55,453 nt of DNA, taken from NCBI GenBank assembly GCA_037134395.1, contig JBAXMH010000001.1, positions 1 to 55,453 of the forward strand, written 5' to 3'. A model generated the notes under the pieces. It had not been told where the DNA came from and ran no database searches. It saw only the letters and a program-made list of their open reading frames with translations. Position 1 is the stretch's first letter. The number at the start of each line of letters is the position of its first letter. Shown in pieces: positions 39,624-47,861 of this stretch. Both the position numbers and the translations under genes were made by a program. The stretch comes from Chloroflexales bacterium (GTDB taxonomy: Bacteria; Chloroflexota; Chloroflexia; Chloroflexales; Chloroflexaceae).

Positions 39624-42062
39624 ATGGAAGAGATCCTGATCATTGATGACAGCGAGCAGATCTGCGGGCTTCTCGCGAACTATGTGCTGCCTGAGCTTGG
39701 ATACCGCCCGATTGTCGCAAATACCGGGCGTCAGGGGCTTCAGCGCCTTCGTGACCGTTTGCCTGATATGATTCTGCTCGATCTCCAACTTCCCGATATT
39801 TCTGGACTTGACCTCCTACGCCTGATCGCTCAAGAAGGCTATGACGTGCCGGTCATCCTGATGACTGCCCACGGATCGGAGAATATCGCGGTTGAGGCGT
39901 TCCGCCTCGGTGCGCGGAATTATCTGATCAAGCCATTCTCGGATACCGAGGCGCGTGCGGTGATTGATCAAGCCCTGCGTGAGCGACGCCTGCGCCGCGA
40001 TAAGGAACGTCTTACCGCCTCGCTCCAGCAGCGCGTCCAGGAGCTTACCGTACTCTCGCGTATTGGCAAATCGGTAACTGGCCTGATGGAGCAGGAGCAA
40101 CTGCTTGAGCGAATCGTTGAAGCCGGTGTCTATATCACTCAGGCCGAAGAGGGCTTCCTGTTGCTGCGCGATAACCAGCACGACGAGCTGTACCTGCGGG
40201 CGGCGAAGAACCTTGGCGAGCAGCGCGCCCAGAGTCTGCGCATGGCGATCCACGACACCCTGGCCGGCCAGGTAGTTCGCACAGGTAAGCCGATCCGCAC
40301 CGACAGGACTCGCAACGGTGTGGCCTTGAAGGTGAAGACGGGGTTTCTGGTACGGGCGATCCTTCAGGTTCCTCTGATGGTGGGCGACCAGGTGGTGGGT
40401 GTCCTGGCAGTGGATAATCAGCAGTCCGACCGGGTATTCAGTGAGAATGACCAGTATCTGCTGGCGACACTGGCCGACTATGCGGCAATTGCGATTGAGA
40501 ATGCCCGGCTCTACGAGCAGGTGAAACTGAGCGAGCGACGCTACAAAGATCTTTTCGCAAACGCCTACGATATGATCTTTATGCTTGACCGCGATCTGCG
40601 CATTACGAGCGTGAATAAGGTTGGTGCGCAGATCACCGGCTACCCCGTGCAGGATCTGATTGGTCAACCGATCTGGTCGCTCTGTGCCCCCGACTCGTGG
40701 AGAGCGGCACAGGTTCATCTGCGCAATCTGCTCGATGGCCAGGCGGTATCGCCCTTCGAGCTTGAGCTGGCGCACCATAACCAAGAGCCGATCTATCTTG
40801 AGGTGAGCGCCCACGTGATGCAGAATGGCGGCGGTAAGCCTGGAGGTCTCCACTGTATTGCGCGCAACTTGACCGAACGCCGTCGTCTAGAGCAGCAACT
40901 CATCCAGTCGGAGAAACTCTCAGCGATTGGCCAATTGGTTGCCGGCGTAGCCCATGAGCTGAATAATCCGCTCACCAGCGTGAGCGGCTACGCCCAGCTC
41001 ACCCTGCGTAATACGCATCTCTCCGACGATACCCGCCAAGATATTGAGCAGATTTACACTCAAGCTGATCGAGCGTCTAGGATTGTCCAGAACCTGCTGA
41101 TCTTCGCTCGTGAACATACGCCCGAACGCTCGATGGTGGCACTCAATGCGATATTGCGCGACTCCCTCGCCCTTCAGGCATATCAATTGCGGGTTGATAA
41201 TATCGGGGTGCAGCTCGATCTTGACCCAGACCTCGTGCAAACAGTGGCCGATCCGCATCAGCTCCAGCAGGTCTTCCTGAACCTGATTACCAATGCACGC
41301 CACGCGATGGTTGAGCGCGGCGGACGCGGCACACTCACCCTGCGCACGCGGGTGGTGTCGGCTCGTCCTGAGGACGAGGTTGGGGGGCAGATGATCCGGG
41401 TAGAGGTAGGCGACACGGGCGTAGGCATCCCCGAGCGTAATTTGCGTAAGATATTTAACCCCTTTTTCACGACGAAGCCGGTGGGGCAAGGCACCGGACT
41501 CGGGCTCTCAATCTGCTTTGGTATTGTGAAGGAGCATGAGGGCCAGATCTGGGCTGAGAGTCAAATTGGTTTGGGGACACGTGTTTTCGTTGATTTGCCC
41601 GTGCGCCAACTTCCCGTCACAGTGACTGAACAGCCCGCTCTGCTCGATTCGGTAATCAGTGAGACAGAACCATCGCTCAACATCCTCGTCGTGGATGATG
41701 AGGAGCCAGTGATTCGGCTGATCTCACGCCTCTTGCACGATCTCGGCCACCGCTCGACGGTGACGATCAGTGGCGAAGCCGCACTCGTCGCCCTGAGCCG
41801 TGAATCCTTCGACATGATTCTCACCGATGTGCGGATGCCAGGCATGAGCGGATTTGAGCTTCTGTCCGCCATCCGCGAGCGCGACCCCGACCTGGCCGAG
41901 CGGGTGATCTTTATCACGGGCGACACACTGAGCCCGATCACGCTTGAACAGCTTGAGCAGAGCGGGAGCCCTTATTTGCCAAAGCCTTTCTCTATCGCCC
42001 AGCTTGAGGTGGCGATCAAACAATTGCTGAAGCGACGCTCCATTGGTTCCAACAATCGGTAA
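39624..42062 (+). CDS. Cytoplasmic hybrid histidine kinase REC-GAF-PAS-HisKA-HATPase-REC
   Basis: ILIIDD/LLDLQLP/KP; GAF AAIAIENARLY; AHELNNPL, NLITNA, FTTKPVGQGTGLGL; C-terminal VVDDE/TDVRMP/KP. Confidence 0.93.
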   Translation: MEEILIIDDSEQICGLLANYVLPELGYRPIVANTGRQGLQRLRDRLPDMILLDLQLPDISGLDLLRLIAQEGYDVPVILMTAHGSENIAVEAFRLGARNYLIKPFSDTEARAVIDQALRERRLRRDKERLTASLQQRVQELTVLSRIGKSVTGLMEQEQLLERIVEAGVYITQAEEGFLLLRDNQHDELYLRAAKNLGEQRAQSLRMAIHDTLAGQVVRTGKPIRTDRTRNGVALKVKTGFLVRAILQVPLMVGDQVVGVLAVDNQQSDRVFSENDQYLLATLADYAAIAIENARLYEQVKLSERRYKDLFANAYDMIFMLDRDLRITSVNKVGAQITGYPVQDLIGQPIWSLCAPDSWRAAQVHLRNLLDGQAVSPFELELAHHNQEPIYLEVSAHVMQNGGGKPGGLHCIARNLTERRRLEQQLIQSEKLSAIGQLVAGVAHELNNPLTSVSGYAQLTLRNTHLSDDTRQDIEQIYTQADRASRIVQNLLIFAREHTPERSMVALNAILRDSLALQAYQLRVDNIGVQLDLDPDLVQTVADPHQLQQVFLNLITNARHAMVERGGRGTLTLRTRVVSARPEDEVGGQMIRVEVGDTGVGIPERNLRKIFNPFFTTKPVGQGTGLGLSICFGIVKEHEGQIWAESQIGLGTRVFVDLPVRQLPVTVTEQPALLDSVISETEPSLNILVVDDEEPVIRLISRLLHDLGHRSTVTISGEAALVALSRESFDMILTDVRMPGMSGFELLSAIRERDPDLAERVIFITGDTLSPITLEQLEQSGSPYLPKPFSIAQLEVAIKQLLKRRSIGSNNR

Positions 42063-42250
42063 ACGAAACTGTGGTATGCTCGTCATAGGCCGCATTCGTG
42101 ATACGGCACCTCGTAGTACGACCATGAGATTCTGCTATAGAGGAGCATGGAAAAACACAGAAAGGGTATGTTTCTGTGAGCTTCGGCGTCTTTCTGTGGC
42201 CATGAATCGCGGAAGTCTCGTTACCATAATAGTACGATTGGAAGAACTTT

Positions 42251-43162
42251 GTGGATAAATATACCGCACAGGCAATCGCTGCTATTGCCAAAGACGGGAT
42301 CTCTGGCGCGGTTGAAATCGCCGAGAAGAGCGCCGAGACGCTCATATATCAGGCGCAGTCGGATCAGAGCGGCGATCTGTCCCATTTACATCAGGGGTTG
42401 CTTGAGGCGGGGTGGGCGCTGATTCACTCGCATCCGACGATGGCACCGCTGGTAAATTTGGTGAATGCGCTGCTCTGGAAGGTGGACGCTGCGGAGAGTT
42501 TTGGCCAGGGCCAGCGGGTCGTGGTTGATGCGGCAAACGAGTTCAAGCGGCGCCTACATGTCCACGAGGCGGCAATCGCCGAGACGGCCCTGCGGCTGAT
42601 CAGCGATGACGTGCAGATCGTGACGAATGGGCGCAGCACAACGGTACGTGCGGTGCTGCGCCACGCCCAGCGGGCTGGTCGGCGCTTCCGCGTGATCTGC
42701 GCTGAAGGACGCCCTATCTGCGAGGGTCGCACGATGGCCAATGAGCTAGCGGCCAGCGGCATCCCAACAACCCTAGTGGTGGATGCCCTCGCTGTGGTGC
42801 TGGCCGGTCAGTCTCAGCTTGTTCTGGTCGGGGCCGACCACCTGAGTGCTCACGGCCTGATGAATAAGGTCGGAACTTACGGCATGGTGCTTGCGGCGAG
42901 GGAGGCTAACGTGCCGGTCTACGCCCTCTGTAGCTCTGAGAAATTTCTCCCCCCTGGCTACCCTCAGCCTGAGCAGACTCGCTGGCCGGCCGATCAGGTC
43001 TGGCCCGAGGTGCCGACGAACATTCAGGTGACAAACGTCTACTTTGACTCGACGCCGCTGAATATTTTGGCCGGAATCGTCACTGAGCAGGGGATTCAGC
43101 CCACGGTTGGGATCGAGGCGTGGCTCGCCGCCACCAAGCTCAACCCGGCCCTGCGAACATAG
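42251..43162 (+). CDS. eIF-2B alpha/beta/delta family protein
   Basis: SGA, HPTMA, EGRP..EG, LVGAD, NKVGTY, FDSTP, IVTEQG. Confidence 0.85.
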   Translation: MDKYTAQAIAAIAKDGISGAVEIAEKSAETLIYQAQSDQSGDLSHLHQGLLEAGWALIHSHPTMAPLVNLVNALLWKVDAAESFGQGQRVVVDAANEFKRRLHVHEAAIAETALRLISDDVQIVTNGRSTTVRAVLRHAQRAGRRFRVICAEGRPICEGRTMANELAASGIPTTLVVDALAVVLAGQSQLVLVGADHLSAHGLMNKVGTYGMVLAAREANVPVYALCSSEKFLPPGYPQPEQTRWPADQVWPEVPTNIQVTNVYFDSTPLNILAGIVTEQGIQPTVGIEAWLAATKLNPALRT

Positions 43163-43170
43163 GGATCGCG

Positions 43171-43237
43171 GCCACAGAATCACACCGAAAGACACAGAAA
43201 TGTATTCTTTCTGTGTCTTTCGGTGTGATTCTGTGGC
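43171..43237. repeat. Perfect 30-bp inverted repeat between convergent genes, likely bidirectional terminator/REP
   Basis: GCCACAGAATCACACCGAAAGACACAGAAA, 7-nt loop, exact reverse complement; degenerate copy at ~42133-42200. Confidence 0.8.
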
Positions 43238-43255
43238 AAAACCTTGTTATCATAT

Positions 43256-44368
43256 TCACCGGCCCACTCGCCGGTAGATCGCCAGGGTCTCGCGGGCAGC
43301 GCGATCCCAGGAGAAGCGTGCCGCCTGGGTTGGCCCGCGTTGCGCCAGCGCGATCCGCGCCTCGTCATCCTCCCAGAAATCCATGATCGCCGCCGCCCAT
43401 GCCGCCACATCGCGCGGCGGTATGAGCAGCGCCGCGTCGCCCGCAACCTCGGGTAGGCTGCTGGTGTCTGCCACGAGGGCCGGTGCCCCGCAGGCTAGAG
43501 CTTCGAGTACCGGCAATCCAAAGCCCTCATAGAGCGAAGGGTTGAGGTAGAGTCTGCAGGCGCTGTAAAGCCAGATCAACTGGCTGGGCTCGGGCCAGCC
43601 CAGAAAATCCAGGTGATCCGCAAGGCGCAGTTCACGGATCAGATCGAAGACCGGCCCGTCGAGCCAGCCACGCACCCCGGCGATGGCCAGCCGGTAGCCG
43701 GTCTGCGGGCGTCGGTCAAGGCAGACTCGTAGGGCGCGCAGCAGCGTCTCCAGGTTCTTGCGCGGCTCGATAGTGCTGACGAAGAGGGCGAATTCTCCGG
43801 CCCGCAGCGGTCGCTCGTTGATCGTACGCTTCTCTCCCGCGCCCACCTCGGCAGGGTGGAAGGAGGGTGCCGCCGCCTCGTACACCACATCAATCCGTTC
43901 GACCGGCAGATCAAGCAGTTCAACAATGTCGGCGCGGGTGGACTCAGAGACGGCGATCACCGCCTGAGCGGCGTGGGCCGAGGCGCGTACCCGACCGTAG
44001 TAGCGTCGGGCATCGGCGTCGAGGATGTCGGGAAAGCGCAGAAAAGCCAGATCGTGGATTGTCACGACGGCAGGGCAGGGGCGCAGCCGTGGGGCCACAC
44101 AATCAGGAGAGTGCAGCAGGTCGAGCCGCTGGGGCAGCAACTCGATGGGCAGGGCCAGTGGCTCAAAGCGATTGTGGGGCGGGGTGACGAGCAACGCCCG
44201 CTCGACGTTTCGGGCGGTGGTCATCGGCTGGGGTTGGCGGCGATGCTGGAGGGCGACCAGCGTATCAGCACCAATCAGCGGTGCCATAGCCGCGAGCAGC
44301 AGCCGGGTGTACTGGGCGATTCCGCCCTGGCGGTAGGCGTTCAGTCGCGCGTCAATGCCGATTCGCAT
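43256..44368 (-). CDS. Glycosyltransferase family 4
   Basis: MRIGIDAR, TIHDL, IAVSEST, EPRKN, PSLYEGFGLPVLEALACG. Confidence 0.93.
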   Translation of the reverse strand: MRIGIDARLNAYRQGGIAQYTRLLLAAMAPLIGADTLVALQHRRQPQPMTTARNVERALLVTPPHNRFEPLALPIELLPQRLDLLHSPDCVAPRLRPCPAVVTIHDLAFLRFPDILDADARRYYGRVRASAHAAQAVIAVSESTRADIVELLDLPVERIDVVYEAAAPSFHPAEVGAGEKRTINERPLRAGEFALFVSTIEPRKNLETLLRALRVCLDRRPQTGYRLAIAGVRGWLDGPVFDLIRELRLADHLDFLGWPEPSQLIWLYSACRLYLNPSLYEGFGLPVLEALACGAPALVADTSSLPEVAGDAALLIPPRDVAAWAAAIMDFWEDDEARIALAQRGPTQAARFSWDRAARETLAIYRRVGR

Positions 44369-44486
44369 AGGTGTCAGGTGTCAGGTGTCAGGTGTCAGGT
44401 GTCAGGTGTCAGGTGTCAGGTGTCAGGTCGAGCGCATCACGATGCCACATTCTGGCCTGACACCTGACATCTGACACCTGACACCT
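44369..44486. repeat. (AGGTGTC)8 plus ~4 inverted copies
   Basis: 8 tandem units 44369-44424; CCTGACA-type units 44456-44486. Confidence 0.9.
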
Positions 44487-44495
44487 TGTCTTAGC

Positions 44496-45263
44496 CTATG
44501 ACCTGTTGCCGACCTCAATTTCCAGCCCATCGTAGGCAAATGCAACACCGGGGGGAAGCTGGGCACCGGCAGCACCGTGATCGAAGGCGTGGGTCATATG
44601 CACAAGGAAGGCTTGGCGCGGGCGCAGATCTGCGATCACCTCAAGCGCCTCGGCAAGCGAGAAGTGGGTCGGATGCGGCTCGTAGCGCAGGGCGTTGAGT
44701 ACCAGCACATCCAGGCCACGTAGACGATCCGCAGACTCGGGTGGGATGTAGCTGGCATCGGTCACGTAGCCGAGATCGCCGATACGATAGGCGGTAATTG
44801 GCCATGTGCCGTGCATAATTGTAAGTGGAATAATCGTCGTGGGGCCGATCAGAAAAGGCATATCAATCGGACACAACTCAATGCTGGGGCGTGTTGAGCC
44901 GACCGAGTTCTCGGTAAAGGCGTAGGAGAAACGCTCACGTACCTCGGCGAGGGTACGCGGACTACCGAAGATCGGCACACAACCGCTGTGATCGCAGAGT
45001 GGACGCAGATCGTCAATCCCGGCGACGTGATCAAAGTGCGAGTGGGTGAGGATTACCCCATCCACGTGGTGGAGATTGGCGTTGAGAGCCTGGAAGCGAA
45101 AGTCGGGGCCAGCGTCAATCAGGATTGTTTGGCCCGCAGCGCGCAGCAGCGCCGAGGTACGCATGCGGCGGTTGCGTGAATCCCCCGAGGTACAGACGGC
45201 ACAGCCGCAGCCGATGACGGGGACTCCCATGGAGGTGCCGGTTCCAAGAAAACGTAGCTGCAT
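44496..45263 (-). CDS. MBL-fold metallo-hydrolase (PhnP-like)
   Basis: FLGTGTSMGVP, IDAGPD, THSHFDH, YVTD, HMTH, AYDG. Confidence 0.92.
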   Translation of the reverse strand: MQLRFLGTGTSMGVPVIGCGCAVCTSGDSRNRRMRTSALLRAAGQTILIDAGPDFRFQALNANLHHVDGVILTHSHFDHVAGIDDLRPLCDHSGCVPIFGSPRTLAEVRERFSYAFTENSVGSTRPSIELCPIDMPFLIGPTTIIPLTIMHGTWPITAYRIGDLGYVTDASYIPPESADRLRGLDVLVLNALRYEPHPTHFSLAEALEVIADLRPRQAFLVHMTHAFDHGAAGAQLPPGVAFAYDGLEIEVGNRS

Positions 45264-45587
45264 AGTATGCCGCACAGATACTACCGTAATCATAATACTG
45301 ATGCGATTATAGCACAATCGGTCTGTCTGGGGCGAGTAAGAAGAACATTTTGTTAGCGCGAATTCTGCACTCAGTCAATTATGACACATTATAGTATCAA
45401 AATGTGTTTAATTATAAACAAACTGTTAGGGAGTTATAATACAGAAGCCCTTGATCCTATAACCATACTCTCCTATACTCTAGCTATGTCACCCATGTCA
45501 CCACCGTATGCTGACAGCCGCATCCTCTCCTACATCGCAATCTCCTAACTCGGCTTAGCCAGCCTCGCACGCCGAGAGAGAACTTCC

Positions 45588-47861
45588 ATGCAAGGGGCAC
45601 TGCGGGGGCTACGCTCACAGCTCCGCTATCAGATTATCGGACCATTTCTGCTCCTCACCGTTCTTGTGGCGGTGGTAGGTTCGGTTGTGGTCTTTTATCA
45701 GACATCCAGCTCGTTGCAGGAGCGATTCAATAACCAACTTGCCTCGGTGTCGCGCATGACCAATGATGTTCTGCTAAGCCAGGAGCAGGCCAATTTGCAG
45801 TTTCTGCGTGAGGTAGCATTCGACCAACGCAATCAGAACACGGGTGCGCCAGGAGTGGCCGAAGCCTTCGCCAATGATGATGTCAAAGGGCTTAAAGCTG
45901 CGCTCGACCCCTTCTTCCGCGTGGGTATCAGCCGCAGCGGGGTTAGCCTAGATCGCCTGATCGCCTTTGACCACAATGGGCAAACGGTCAGCGATTTTGA
46001 GCGGGCGTCGGGCGCACTCAACAGAGAGTTCACCGTACACTCGTCCTTCGATCTCTCGAAGGCATGGTTCACCCAGCGCATTCTCAGCAGTCAGGGCGAT
46101 AGCCGTGGCGATAAGTACGCGGGCCTGCTTCAGTTTAAGGCAACCAATAGCGAAACCGACACGCTCTATTTTGCGACGATCTCCCCGGTGCGCCAGGGCT
46201 CTAAAGTGGTGGGCGGTCTCATTGCCGCAATTCGGATTGATGGCAGTGATGGTCTGCTCAGTACGCTGGCGATGCGCTCCCAATCTGCCGGGGTAACACT
46301 CTACAACCAGTCGGGTAAACTGCTGGCCTCAACCTTCAGCACGGCCAGTGTCAAACTGCCATCCATGAACGCGGAGTTGATGGATGCATTCAAGGCCGGT
46401 ACGAGCGAACTTACCCTTTTCAGCACCGAGATAGTGGACGGTCGTAAGTTTCAGTTTGCCTACATTCCCCTCACCATCCGTGGTACTTCTGTGGGCATCC
46501 TCGCCCCGGCCCTCTCGCGTGACTACGCCTATGAGGCCAACTCTAGCACGCTCTGGCCGATGACTCTGATTGTGGTGGCGCTGGTTGGCCTGCTGATTGG
46601 TGTTGGTGTGATCACCGCCAATCGGATCACTGCGCCGTTGGGTGATCTGGCCACCACCGCCGAGGCGATCACCGCCGGAGATCTGACCCGTCGCGTTCAC
46701 ATTCAGTCGCTCAATGAGATCGGGGTACTGGCACGTAGCTTCAATTCGATGACCGGCCACCTGACCAGTCTCTACGATCAAGTGCAGAATGAGTCTATCC
46801 AGCGCGCCGCTATCGTCGAGAGCATCGGTGACGGGATTGTCGTCTGTGATATTGAGGGGCGGATCATCCTGATCAACCAAGCTACCCGTCAGTTTCTTAA
46901 CATCAGCGCTGCTGATCCGCCGCCGGTCTGGTTTGACGATATTCCCCTGGTGAAACTGACCGACGGCGTGCCGGGGTTTGGTAGCCAGCGTGCCAACGAC
47001 CTCTTCTCCCTGGGGGAGCGGATTGTCCGTGCGACGGCAAACTCGGTGGTAGCACCCAATGGCCAGCACTTCGGCTCCGTCTGCGTGTTACAAGACATGA
47101 CCTCTGAAGTGGCAATGGATCGGGCCAAGACGAACTTCATTGGCACGATCTCTCACGAACTGCGCACGCCACTCACGGTGATCCGTGGCAACTCCGACCT
47201 GCTGATGCGCGGACTGGCTGGTCCTCTGGACGATGACCAGAAGGTTTTTGTTGACTCTATCCGTCAGCACGCTACCAATATGACCAGCCTGATCAGCAAT
47301 GTGATTGTGATCGCGAGTCTGGACTCGGGTTCACTTACCACCGACCTTGAGGCAGTTGATCTGAGTCGCCCGGTTGATGACGCATCCTGGCCGCTTCAGA
47401 GTTTCATCAAGGCGAAGGGGCTCAGCCTGAAAATTGAGGTACCCAAAGATCTTCCGCAGGTGCTGGCCGATTACGATCAGGTGCGGATGATCGTACACCA
47501 ACTCCTCGACAACGCCCGACGCTATACGAGCGAGGGCGGGATTGTCCTGCGCGCCACTGCGCTGCCTGAGCATGTGCTGGTTGAGGTTCAAGATACGGGT
47601 AGGGGCATCTCGCCCGATATGCACGAGCAGGTGTTCATGCGGTTTGTCCGTGGTGATGGGGCGAGCGAGGGAATTAACTCTTCTGAGCGCGGCATCGGAC
47701 TCGGTCTGGCCATTTGCAAACAACTCATTGAGCGACAAAGTGGTATGATCTGGATGAAGAGTGCGCCTGGGGAGGGCAGCACCTTCTATTTCACGTTGCG
47801 CTACGCCAATGCGACACCCAGCACTGAAAAACCTCATACCGTCCTTGCCACGGCTGCCTGA
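45588..47861 (+). CDS. Membrane sensor histidine kinase (TM-extracellular sensor-TM-HAMP-PAS-HisKA-HATPase)
   Basis: Two hydrophobic segments, HAMP NEIGVLARSFNSM, SHELRTPL, QLLDNA, DTGRGI, GLGL. Confidence 0.93.
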   Translation: MQGALRGLRSQLRYQIIGPFLLLTVLVAVVGSVVVFYQTSSSLQERFNNQLASVSRMTNDVLLSQEQANLQFLREVAFDQRNQNTGAPGVAEAFANDDVKGLKAALDPFFRVGISRSGVSLDRLIAFDHNGQTVSDFERASGALNREFTVHSSFDLSKAWFTQRILSSQGDSRGDKYAGLLQFKATNSETDTLYFATISPVRQGSKVVGGLIAAIRIDGSDGLLSTLAMRSQSAGVTLYNQSGKLLASTFSTASVKLPSMNAELMDAFKAGTSELTLFSTEIVDGRKFQFAYIPLTIRGTSVGILAPALSRDYAYEANSSTLWPMTLIVVALVGLLIGVGVITANRITAPLGDLATTAEAITAGDLTRRVHIQSLNEIGVLARSFNSMTGHLTSLYDQVQNESIQRAAIVESIGDGIVVCDIEGRIILINQATRQFLNISAADPPPVWFDDIPLVKLTDGVPGFGSQRANDLFSLGERIVRATANSVVAPNGQHFGSVCVLQDMTSEVAMDRAKTNFIGTISHELRTPLTVIRGNSDLLMRGLAGPLDDDQKVFVDSIRQHATNMTSLISNVIVIASLDSGSLTTDLEAVDLSRPVDDASWPLQSFIKAKGLSLKIEVPKDLPQVLADYDQVRMIVHQLLDNARRYTSEGGIVLRATALPEHVLVEVQDTGRGISPDMHEQVFMRFVRGDGASEGINSSERGIGLGLAICKQLIERQSGMIWMKSAPGEGSTFYFTLRYANATPSTEKPHTVLATAA

